Shown: positions 27,089-35,681 of the stretch, one piece after another | Layout: the number at the start of each line of letters is the position of its first letter | Numbering within the stretch: position 1 is the first letter of the stretch | From: Endomicrobiia bacterium | GTDB taxonomy: Bacteria > Elusimicrobiota > Endomicrobiia > DTEH01 | Direction: 5' to 3' | NCBI GenBank assembly: GCA_046292225.1 | Contig: JBKBRH010000001.1 | Location: 1-40,319, forward strand | DNA length: 40,319 nucleotides | The notes under the pieces: generated by a model | What the model saw: only the letters and a program-made list of their open reading frames with translations | What the model was told of the DNA's origin: nothing | The model's database searches: none | Made by a program: the position numbers and the translations under genes

Positions 27089-28966
27089 CTATTTTTCTTT
27101 TGAATAATATTTATATGCATAGTAATATCCGTATCGTGGCTCCATTTCTTCAGTTCTTATATCGTTTAACACAACTCCTACAACATTTGCTTTTATACTT
27201 GTAAGCAAATCTTTTGCACGCTTTAGTGCGCCTCTTGCAATTCTACCAACTCTGTAAACTAATATTACATATGTGGAATATTTGGACAAAATCAACGCAT
27301 CAGCAAACAAAAGTACAGGAGGAGTATCTAATACAATAAGTTCGTATTTATTTTTTAACTCATCAAAAATATCTCCTACTGTAGAGGACGAAAGCATATC
27401 AATAGGATTTGAAGGTATATTGCCACAAGAAATGAAAGAAAAATTTTCTAACCCCGGAATTGATATAATTTTTTCCACTTCAATACCCCCTAATAAAAAA
27501 TCTGTAGTTGTATGAATTATTTCATCTATAGATTTTCTCCCAATAACACAATCAATAAATCCAGGTACTCTGTTGATCCCAAACCATCTATGAACTGAAG
27601 GTCTTCTTAGATCAAGTTCTATAAACAAAGTTTTAATTCCTGCAATAGCAGCAGCTAACGCAAAATTTACCGAAGTTAAAGTTTTTCCTTCAGCAATACC
27701 TGAAGAAGTAAACAGTACAATACCTCTGGTTTCGATATGTTCTTGAGAAAATTTAATATTTGTCCTTAACGAATGATAAGTTTCTACATAAGGTGATTTT
27801 GTCGAATGGTAAATTATTAATTTTTGTTTTAAATTTTCTATAGATTCTTTGGTTTTAAATAAAGAAAATTTTTTGTATTTCAAAAATTTTTGATCTATAT
27901 GAGGTATTATACCTATTACAGGTAAATTTAAATAAGATTCAACTTCTTCTATTGTAGCGATAGAAGTATCAAGATGTTCTATAACAAAGGCAAATAACAA
28001 TCCTAAAATTAATCCTAAAATTAATCCTAAAGAGACATTTGTCACACGGTTAGGTTTAATAGGTGATTTAGGAGTAATCGCTTCTGTAACAATTGTCGCA
28101 GTTTGTACTCTATCTGCTTCAGATATTTGTGCTTCTTTATATCTTTTTGCAAGTAATGTATAAAGTTCTTCGTTTAGTTTAACTTCACGTGTTAATCTTG
28201 CATATTCAAGTTCTTCTTTTGGCAATTTTGTAAGTTGTTCTTCTATAAATTTAACTTTTTGTGTAATAGATACTACTTCTGGATGATTCTCTGTATATGT
28301 TTTTAACAATTCTGATTTTTTAGACTGTAATGTTAAAAGTTCAACTGCAAGTTGGCCACCTATACCTGTAGCTTTTGTTTGTTCAGAAAACTTTCTTAAT
28401 TTTTCCTCTGACTCTTTTAAATTTTTTTCAGCATCTAAAAGTTGTTTTTCTATAAATTCCCTTAATTCTCGTGCTCGTTTTGTCCTGTCTTCCAGTCCTT
28501 TTTCAATATATACTTCAGCTATAGTATTAGCTAGTTTTGCAGTTTCTTCTTTATCTGAAGAACTAACTATTATCTTTATTAAATTCGAATCTGTAATACG
28601 TTCTGCTTTTATTTTATTTTGAATTGATGATAAAATTTCATTAATTTCATCTTTTGAAGTAAATTCAGTAATTAACCCCAACTTTTTAGCAGCACGTTCT
28701 GCTATAATTTTTGAGTTTATAATTTTTACTTCAGTGTTAATAGTCTGATACATATCCCAACCTAAAGATTCAGTAGCTACTCCAGGAATAATCAAAGAAG
28801 GTTCTACCTTTACTACAGCAACTGCTTGATATAAAGGTGTTTGTAAATTTGTATAAATAATACTGAATAATAATGCTGAAATAACTGATATTATTACAAT
28901 AAATTTTCTTCTTTTTAAAATTCTCCAATAATCGTAAAGATTTAATTCATATTTTATAGTTGACAT
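27089..28966 (-). CDS. Fused polysaccharide co-polymerase (Wzz/GumC-like) and BY-family tyrosine autokinase
   Basis: 625 aa. The N-terminus is LNLYDYWRILKRRKFIVIISV plus TM1, then a coiled-coil periplasmic region and TM2 (LGLILGLILGLLFAFVI). Walker A is SSGIAEGKT, A' is FIELDLRRP and B is LIVLDTPP. The C-terminal Tyr cluster is PRYGYYYAYKYYSKEK. Confidence 0.85.
   Translation of the reverse strand: MSTIKYELNLYDYWRILKRRKFIVIISVISALLFSIIYTNLQTPLYQAVAVVKVEPSLIIPGVATESLGWDMYQTINTEVKIINSKIIAERAAKKLGLITEFTSKDEINEILSSIQNKIKAERITDSNLIKIIVSSSDKEETAKLANTIAEVYIEKGLEDRTKRARELREFIEKQLLDAEKNLKESEEKLRKFSEQTKATGIGGQLAVELLTLQSKKSELLKTYTENHPEVVSITQKVKFIEEQLTKLPKEELEYARLTREVKLNEELYTLLAKRYKEAQISEADRVQTATIVTEAITPKSPIKPNRVTNVSLGLILGLILGLLFAFVIEHLDTSIATIEEVESYLNLPVIGIIPHIDQKFLKYKKFSLFKTKESIENLKQKLIIYHSTKSPYVETYHSLRTNIKFSQEHIETRGIVLFTSSGIAEGKTLTSVNFALAAAIAGIKTLFIELDLRRPSVHRWFGINRVPGFIDCVIGRKSIDEIIHTTTDFLLGGIEVEKIISIPGLENFSFISCGNIPSNPIDMLSSSTVGDIFDELKNKYELIVLDTPPVLLFADALILSKYSTYVILVYRVGRIARGALKRAKDLLTSIKANVVGVVLNDIRTEEMEPRYGYYYAYKYYSKEK
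27999..28031. repeat. 12-bp tandem repeat (aatcctaaaatt x 2.75) inside the kinase/co-polymerase gene
   Basis: Read directly: units at 27999-28010 and 28011-22 are identical, and 28023-31 is a partial third unit. It encodes the GLILGLILGL part of TM2 in frame. Confidence 0.9.
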
Positions 28967-28974
28967 ACTATACC

Positions 28975-30051
28975 TTATAGTCCTCCTTTTTGGATAAGTT
29001 TTTTAAGTTCTTCCGGGTCAGAAGAAGCTGAAACTGCTTCATCAAATGTGATTAATCTTCGTTGATATAAATCAGCCAAAGATTGGTTCATTGTTTGCAT
29101 ACCATATTTTGCCCCTGTTTGAATATGAGTATAAATTTGTTCGGGCTTACCTTCTCTTATAAGATTCCTTATTGCAGCTGTTGCAAATAAAACTTCACAT
29201 GCTAAAACTCTGCCTTTAGCTGAAGAATGTAGCAAAAGTTGTTGTGCAAGAACTGCTTGTAGTACAAAAGATAATTGCAGTCGTACTTGTTGTTGTTGAT
29301 GTGGTGGAAAAACATCTATTATACGGTTTACAGACGAAACTGCATCTGTAGTATGAAGTGTAGCAAAAACTAAATGTCCTGTTTCTGCTATATTTAATGC
29401 TGCAGAAATTGTTTCTAAATCGCGCATTTCACCTATAAGAATTATATCCGGATCTTCTCTTAATACATATTTTAGTGCTGTAGAAAAACTTTCAGTATCT
29501 GTACCAATTTCTCTCTGATTTACTATGCAATTTCTATGATGAAAAACATATTCTATAGGATCTTCTATAGTAATAATATGTCCGTTTCTATGTTCATTAA
29601 TATAGTTTATTATAGAAGCCAAAGTTGTAGTTTTACCAGCACCAGTAGGTCCTGTAACCAAAACCAAACCTTTAGGTAGATCAACTAACTGATTAACTAT
29701 TTTAGGTAATCCTAATTGTTCAAATGTAGGTGGTACAGTAGGAATAGATCTTAACGCAGCAGCTACAGACCCTCGTTGTCTAAAAACATTCATTCTTATT
29801 CTTCCAATATCTTTAATACCAAAAGATACATCAAGTTCATTCATCGTTTCAAACTTTTCTTTTTGTTTATCTGTTAAAACAGAATAGATAAGTTTTTGAC
29901 ATACATCTGCAGTAAGTTTTCCAAATTCTGTAGGAATTAATTTTCCATCTATTCTTAACATTGGTGGTAATCCTGCAGTTAAATGTAAATCAGAAGCTTT
30001 TTTTTCGTGCATTATAAAAATTAAATTTTCCATTGTAAGAAGTTGCTCCAT
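28975..30051 (-). CDS. pilT: Type IV pilus retraction ATPase PilT
   Basis: 358 aa. Motifs are ASDLHLTAGLPPMLRIDG, Walker A GPTGAGKTTT, and the PilT-specific AIRNLIREGK. Confidence 0.93.
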   Translation of the reverse strand: MEQLLTMENLIFIMHEKKASDLHLTAGLPPMLRIDGKLIPTEFGKLTADVCQKLIYSVLTDKQKEKFETMNELDVSFGIKDIGRIRMNVFRQRGSVAAALRSIPTVPPTFEQLGLPKIVNQLVDLPKGLVLVTGPTGAGKTTTLASIINYINEHRNGHIITIEDPIEYVFHHRNCIVNQREIGTDTESFSTALKYVLREDPDIILIGEMRDLETISAALNIAETGHLVFATLHTTDAVSSVNRIIDVFPPHQQQQVRLQLSFVLQAVLAQQLLLHSSAKGRVLACEVLFATAAIRNLIREGKPEQIYTHIQTGAKYGMQTMNQSLADLYQRRLITFDEAVSASSDPEELKKLIQKGGL

Positions 30052-30058
30052 TTTAATT

Positions 30059-30063
30059 CCTCC
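30059..30063 (-). promoter_or_regulatory. Shine-Dalgarno site (GGAGG) for pilT
   Basis: The minus strand reads AATAAGGAGGAATTAAAATG, with GGAGG 7 nt upstream of the ATG at 30051. Confidence 0.65.
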
Positions 30064-30112
30064 TTATTATTACAAACAAATACTAAAATTAATCAAAAAT
30101 TATTTTAAAAAA

Positions 30113-31840
30113 TTAATAATTTGACTGTTCAGCAATTGTTACTCTAAGAACTTCTTCCATTGTAGTAACACCAGCCAACATTTTTCTTAATGCAGATTTT
30201 CTCAATGTTTGCATCCCATTTGCAATTGCTACTTGTCTTATCTCTACATCAGATGCATTTTTTAATATCATCTCTCTTATCTCATCATTTATTTCCATAA
30301 TCTCATATATCCCAATTCTTCCTTTGTAGCCATTGTTACAGCTAGAACATCCTTTACCTTTATAAAGATTAACTATTTTTTGTCCCTGAACCATATCATC
30401 TGTAACACCTAAAGGATATAATTTTTCTACAGAAATTTCATATTCTTCTTTACAGTTAGGACAGATTTTTCTTACTAATCTTTGTGCTTCTACAAGTATC
30501 AAAGTGGAAGATATTAAAAATGAATCGATACCCATATTCTGTAATCTTGTAACAGCAGAAGGAGCATCATTTGTATGTAATGTAGAAAAAACAAGTTGTC
30601 CTGTCAAAGCAGCCTGAACTGCTATTTTTGCTGTTTCTTGATCACGAATTTCTCCTACAAGAATAATATCAGGTGCTTGTCTTAAAAATGCTCTTAAGCC
30701 AGAAGCAAATGTTAAACCCACCTCAGGATTTACATTTACTTGAGTTATCCCTGGTAATAAATACTCCACAGGATCTTCTATAGTTAATATATTTATTTCA
30801 GGACGGTTTAATGTTGACAATGCGGAATACAAAGTTGTAGATTTACCGGACCCAGTAGGTCCAGTAATCAATATTAACCCAAAAGGAGATCTTATTGCTT
30901 TCATAAAAATTTCTAAAGTTTCAGGTTCAAATCCTAGCTTTGAAAGATCAAGACACAAGGCTGTTGAATCTAAAATTCTTAATACTGCTTTTTCTCCGTA
31001 TAATACAGGGAGTATTGATACACGAAAATCTATTTCTCTGTTATCAATTTTCATTTTTATTCTGCCATCTTGCGGTTTTCTTGTTTCTGTAACATCTAAT
31101 TTTGACATAATTTTTATTCTTGCTATTATGGCATTATAAATTTCTCTTTTAAAAAAAGTTTCTTCATGAGCAACACCATCTATTCTATACCTTAACCTAC
31201 ATTTTTTTTCAAACGGTTCTAAATGTATATCAGAAGCTTTTTTTCTTACAGCAGTGATTATTATATTATTGGTAAGTTTTACAATAGGTTCTTCTTCAGC
31301 TAATTGTAAACTACTTTGAGATTCTGTAACTTCTTCTAATTCTATACTAGTTGTAGTTTGCAATTTTTCTAATTCAGTTAAAACTTTTTCCATTAATTCT
31401 GGTTGTTCTTTTAAAAATATTTTGTTAATATTTTCTTTTATATCATTATAACTTGCAACTACAGGTTTCACATTATAACCTGTTGAAATTTTTATATCAT
31501 CAATAATAAACATATTAAATGGATCACTAACAGCTACTGTTATTGTATTTGTTTTTTTATCAAACTCCAAAGGTAAAATATTGTGTTTTTCAATAAATGT
31601 CCTGGGTAGCATTTTAATTGTTTCTTCTTTAATCTCGTACTCAGACAAATATACAAATTCTAAACCTTGTTGTCTTGCTAAAAATGACAATAATACATCT
31701 TCGGTAATATACCCGAGGTTAATTAATATGTATCCTAACTTTTCACCTGTCTGTTTAGATAATGTTAATGCTTCTTGTAGTTGTTGTTCTGTAATTATAC
31801 CTGTGGATACTAACATCTCTCCTAATTTTTGTACTGCCAT
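30113..31840 (-). CDS. PilB/GspE/MshE-family secretion ATPase, paralog 1
   Basis: 575 aa. It has an N-terminal T2SSE_N/MshEN-like repeat, Walker A GPTGSGKSTT, and the tetracysteine motif CPNCKEEY...GKGCSSCNNGYKGR. Confidence 0.9.
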   Translation of the reverse strand: MAVQKLGEMLVSTGIITEQQLQEALTLSKQTGEKLGYILINLGYITEDVLLSFLARQQGLEFVYLSEYEIKEETIKMLPRTFIEKHNILPLEFDKKTNTITVAVSDPFNMFIIDDIKISTGYNVKPVVASYNDIKENINKIFLKEQPELMEKVLTELEKLQTTTSIELEEVTESQSSLQLAEEEPIVKLTNNIIITAVRKKASDIHLEPFEKKCRLRYRIDGVAHEETFFKREIYNAIIARIKIMSKLDVTETRKPQDGRIKMKIDNREIDFRVSILPVLYGEKAVLRILDSTALCLDLSKLGFEPETLEIFMKAIRSPFGLILITGPTGSGKSTTLYSALSTLNRPEINILTIEDPVEYLLPGITQVNVNPEVGLTFASGLRAFLRQAPDIILVGEIRDQETAKIAVQAALTGQLVFSTLHTNDAPSAVTRLQNMGIDSFLISSTLILVEAQRLVRKICPNCKEEYEISVEKLYPLGVTDDMVQGQKIVNLYKGKGCSSCNNGYKGRIGIYEIMEINDEIREMILKNASDVEIRQVAIANGMQTLRKSALRKMLAGVTTMEEVLRVTIAEQSNY

Positions 31841-31847
31841 AAATTAA

Positions 31848-33593
31848 TTACTCCTGTATTTCATCTGCAAATGTATTTCTTATTATCTCTTCAATAGTTG
31901 TGGTTCCTGAAAGTAACTTTTTTAACGCTGCTTCTCTTAAAGTTATCATACCATTTTTTCTTGCCGCTTCTTTAATTTCAAAATGAGTTGATTTTTTTAA
32001 TATCAATTCTTTTATAGAATCATTACAATCTAGCACTTCAAAAATTCCTATCCTTCCTTTGTATCCACCTTGACATTTCTCACAACCAACACCTTTGTAT
32101 AAAACCACTTCTTCCTTAATTGCTTTAAAAACTTTAGAATTTATCCCTAAAGGTTCTAATTGGTGGAAATGAACTTTATACTGTTGTCTACAATTTTTAC
32201 AAATTTTTCTTACAAGTTTTTGTGAAATAACTATACTTAAGGTTGAAGCAATTAAAAATGGTTCTACTTTCATATTTATTAATCTTGTTATAGCAGAAGC
32301 TGCATCGTTTGTGTGTAATGTAGCAAAGACTAAATGTCCTGTTAAAGCTGCATTTATAGCAATCTCTATAGTTTCTTTATCTCTAATTTCTCCAACCATT
32401 ATAATATCAGGATCCTGCCTTAAAAACGCACGAAGTGCTGCTGCAAAAGTTAATCCCACTTTTTCATTTACATTCACCTGGTTTATCCCATAAATAACTG
32501 CTTCTACTGGATCTTCTACTGTCATAATATTAACATCAGGATTGTTTAAGATATTCAATGCAGAATAAAGAGTAGTAGTTTTACCAGAACCAGTGGGTCC
32601 TGTTACAAGTATCATGCCATAAGGTTGTTTTATTGCTTTTTCAAAAAGTTTTAATTGTTCTTCTTCAAATCCTAATTCTGACAACGGAAGAATAAGTGCT
32701 TGAGCATCTAAAATTCTAATTGCAACTTTTTCACCATAGGCTGTTGGTATTGTAGAGACACGAAGATTTATTTGTTTTTCACCATGAGATAATCTAATTC
32801 TACCATCTTGTGGTTTTCTTCTTTCTGTAATATCCATTTTCGCTATAATTTTTATCCTTGCTACTACTGAAGGTAGTAATTTCTTAGGTAAAGGTTTTTG
32901 ATCATGAAAAATTCCATCTATACGGTATCTAATACGGACCTGTTTTTCTTGCGGTTCTATAAGTATATCTGATGCTTTCAAACTTAATGCTTGATCTATT
33001 ATGTAATTTACAGCTTTTACTACAGGAGCAGCATCTGCTTGCACTTCAAACTCTGTAATTTCAGATTTATCTTCTACAATAGCAACATCAGAAGTAGACA
33101 AAAATTCTTCCTCAGCCTGTTTTTCAATTTCTTCTATACTCTCTTTTTTCTCATAATATTTAGAAATAGCTTCCAGAATTTCATTTTTTCTCGCAACAAC
33201 AATTTTAATATCACATTTTGTAGCAAGTTTTAAATTATCTATAGCAACTAAATCTAAAGGATCTGACATTGCAACTGTTAAAGTTTTTGATTGAGCATTA
33301 TATTCTATAGGTATTAACTGATAAGTTTTTGCTATTTTATCTGAGACAAGAGATAAAACTTCTTGTGGTATTTCTCCATATTCTGATAAAGATATGTAAG
33401 GTATATTAAATTGTTTTGCCAAAATAGCAAACAATATTTCTTCGCTAACCAATTTTGAATTTAAAAGAATTTCTCCAAGTTTGCGGCCAGTTTTTTTTTG
33501 TTCTTCTAAAGCAGATTCTATCTGTTCTTTTGTCAAAAATCCTAACGAAACTAACATTTCACCTAACTTTTTATGAGGAGAAATAATTTCCAT
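31848..33593 (-). CDS. PilB/GspE/MshE-family secretion ATPase, paralog 2
   Basis: 581 aa. It has an N-terminal T2SSE_N/MshEN-like repeat, Walker A GPTGSGKTTT, and the tetracysteine motif CKNCRQQY...GVGCEKCQGGYKGR. Confidence 0.9.
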   Translation of the reverse strand: MEIISPHKKLGEMLVSLGFLTKEQIESALEEQKKTGRKLGEILLNSKLVSEEILFAILAKQFNIPYISLSEYGEIPQEVLSLVSDKIAKTYQLIPIEYNAQSKTLTVAMSDPLDLVAIDNLKLATKCDIKIVVARKNEILEAISKYYEKKESIEEIEKQAEEEFLSTSDVAIVEDKSEITEFEVQADAAPVVKAVNYIIDQALSLKASDILIEPQEKQVRIRYRIDGIFHDQKPLPKKLLPSVVARIKIIAKMDITERRKPQDGRIRLSHGEKQINLRVSTIPTAYGEKVAIRILDAQALILPLSELGFEEEQLKLFEKAIKQPYGMILVTGPTGSGKTTTLYSALNILNNPDVNIMTVEDPVEAVIYGINQVNVNEKVGLTFAAALRAFLRQDPDIIMVGEIRDKETIEIAINAALTGHLVFATLHTNDAASAITRLINMKVEPFLIASTLSIVISQKLVRKICKNCRQQYKVHFHQLEPLGINSKVFKAIKEEVVLYKGVGCEKCQGGYKGRIGIFEVLDCNDSIKELILKKSTHFEIKEAARKNGMITLREAALKKLLSGTTTIEEIIRNTFADEIQE

Positions 33594-33601
33594 TTTTTGT
33601 T

Positions 33602-34105
33602 TTATTTCAATTTTTCAAATTTTTGTTTTATAATACTAATTATTGCTTTAGGTACAAAATAAGAAATATCTCCACCAAATTTTGATATTTCTTTTACCAA
33701 TCTTGACGATAAATATATCCATTTAATATCTGGCATTAGATAAACTGTCTCCATTTGAGGAAACATTTTACGATTTGTTAAAACCATCTGAAATTCGTAG
33801 TCAAAATCGCTTACTGCTCTCAATCCACGCAAAACAACCTTAAGATTATTCTTCCTAAGATAATCTACTAATAACCCATTGTATTTTTCCACTCTAACAT
33901 TTTTAAGCCTATTTTTTTTAATCACTAAATTTAACATTTTAATTCTTTCTTCTACAGAAAAAGTATATTGTTTAAAAGTGTTATTCATTACAAGAACTAT
34001 GACTTTTTTAAACATTTTTGTAGCACGAATGATTAGGTCTAGATGGCCATTTGTTGGAGGGTCAAAACTGCCTGGATAAACTACTGTACAATTATTTGTT
34101 TTCAT
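33602..34105 (-). CDS. coaD: Phosphopantetheine adenylyltransferase
   Basis: 167 aa with VYPGSFDPPTNGHLDLI and VRGLRAVSDFDYEFQM. Confidence 0.93.
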   Translation of the reverse strand: MKTNNCTVVYPGSFDPPTNGHLDLIIRATKMFKKVIVLVMNNTFKQYTFSVEERIKMLNLVIKKNRLKNVRVEKYNGLLVDYLRKNNLKVVLRGLRAVSDFDYEFQMVLTNRKMFPQMETVYLMPDIKWIYLSSRLVKEISKFGGDISYFVPKAIISIIKQKFEKLK

Positions 34106-34124
34106 AAGGTTTTATTTATAAAAA

Positions 34125-35681
34125 TTAACATTTTTTTTCAACAAATGTTTTATATAATTTTTTATAATACTGTTTTGCTAATTTTATAGCCTCGTTTTTT
34201 GTAGATATCTTACCTAGAATCTGAGCTTCTTCTATTAATTTTAAAATTTTACCTACTGTCGGTCCAGGAGAAATATTCAAATTTTTCATAACATCATATC
34301 CATTTATTAACTTTGGCAAGGAAGATTTTATTTTATATTTTTTATATTTTTCTAATACTAAATTTTCAAATTCTATAAATTTTTTTATAGGTTGGAAATT
34401 TTTAAAATATTTTTTTCTTTCTTCAATAGGTACAACTTCATATGACAATCTATCTGCTAAACAAATTATTAGAAGTAAATACAGAAATTTTTCTGTTTCA
34501 GTGAACAATTTTAAATATGCTCGTTCAGTAAGTGATTGGCAGTTGTTAAACAAACTACCTACTCTCATATGGTTTTTTATAATTTCATATACAAGTTTTA
34601 TTTCGTCATTGCTAAATTTCAAATCTTTTAATATTTTAAAAGATATTTCTGCCGATTCAATCTCATGATGAAAAAATCTTACCTTATTTTTTTCTTTTTT
34701 TGCAACTAAAGGTTTTGCTATATCATGAAAAATAGAGGCTAATTTTAGCAAATAAACATATTTTTGAATTTCAGGATAAATATCTTTATGATATTCAGGA
34801 TAATATTTGTTAAGATTATTAACTATTTTTTCCAACTTTTTATAAGTAAGTTTTGTATGTTGCCACAACCCTTCTTTGTGGAAATAAAATTTTTTAAATT
34901 TTGTATTTTTTCCTTTAACTTTTAAAATTTCTATTTCAGGAATAACTTCTTCTAAAATTTTGTTTTTATCTAACCATTCTAATACATTATAAGAGTTAAA
35001 ATTAAAAATTTTTTTTATTTCTTCATTAATCCTTTCTTTTGCTACATATTTCAACAACGACTTATATTTCACACATAAATTTTCTGCTTTTTTATCTATT
35101 CTAAACCCATAACAGATAAACCTTGCTGCACGTAAAATTCTTAATGGATCTTCTTTTATATTATTTTCTTCAACGACAGACAAAACTTTATTTTTAATAT
35201 CTTTTAATGCACGATTGGTTAAATCTACTAAATTTTTTGTTATAAGATTTTTATTTCTTGTATTTAAATATCTAATAAGATAGTTTAACTTTATACACAA
35301 AGTGTTTATTGTAAAATCTCGCCTTAGGATATCTTCTTTTAGATTAGTATAAGATGAAATATCAATGTTTATTATAATTTTATCATTTTTTATTATAGTT
35401 CGATAAATTTTATTTTCTTCGTCTAAAATTACAAATGGTAGATTAATTTTTTGAATAATATTTTTTAATTTATTCATTTTTAAATTTTCTATAATTATAT
35501 CAATATCAAGATATTCTTTGGTATCAAACAAAAATTTTTTCTCTATTATAATATCCCTTAATATTCCACCAACAACATATGAATTTTTAAATTCTTTATC
35601 TATATTATAGAGTAGCTGCAGCAAACTTTTTTTATTTAATTTCATAATTTCCGCCTTCATGTAAAACCAAAATATTATCAC
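34125..35681 (-). CDS. cca: CCA-adding enzyme / poly(A) polymerase-family tRNA nucleotidyltransferase with HD domain
   Basis: Motifs are VVGGILRDIII, DIDIII, RRDFTINTL and the HD motif FHDIAKP. The ORF-track start (35681) overlaps the upstream gene by 50 nt. Met13 (ATG 35645) is preceded by AAGGCGGA-N5 and is the more likely start. Confidence 0.85.
   Translation of the reverse strand: MIIFWFYMKAEIMKLNKKSLLQLLYNIDKEFKNSYVVGGILRDIIIEKKFLFDTKEYLDIDIIIENLKMNKLKNIIQKINLPFVILDEENKIYRTIIKNDKIIINIDISSYTNLKEDILRRDFTINTLCIKLNYLIRYLNTRNKNLITKNLVDLTNRALKDIKNKVLSVVEENNIKEDPLRILRAARFICYGFRIDKKAENLCVKYKSLLKYVAKERINEEIKKIFNFNSYNVLEWLDKNKILEEVIPEIEILKVKGKNTKFKKFYFHKEGLWQHTKLTYKKLEKIVNNLNKYYPEYHKDIYPEIQKYVYLLKLASIFHDIAKPLVAKKEKNKVRFFHHEIESAEISFKILKDLKFSNDEIKLVYEIIKNHMRVGSLFNNCQSLTERAYLKLFTETEKFLYLLLIICLADRLSYEVVPIEERKKYFKNFQPIKKFIEFENLVLEKYKKYKIKSSLPKLINGYDVMKNLNISPGPTVGKILKLIEEAQILGKISTKNEAIKLAKQYYKKLYKTFVEKKC

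Noticed and set aside
27999-28031. Tandem repeat as a CRISPR-like or regulatory array.
   Set aside because: Its 12-bp units have no spacers and lie entirely inside a coding helix. It is reported only as an in-frame coding repeat.
30052-30112. Promoter upstream of pilT (TTGATT-N17/18-TAATAA on the minus strand).
   Set aside because: The candidate -10 abuts the GGAGG Shine-Dalgarno site, so the transcript would start inside or after the RBS. This is most likely a chance AT-rich match.
35632-35681. 50-nt overlap between the OppF-like gene and cca as a sign of a frameshift or fusion.
   Set aside because: This is more simply explained by an over-extended ORF call. Met13 (ATG 35645) has an SD-like AAGGCGGA upstream, and using it reduces the overlap to 14 nt, in line with other junctions.
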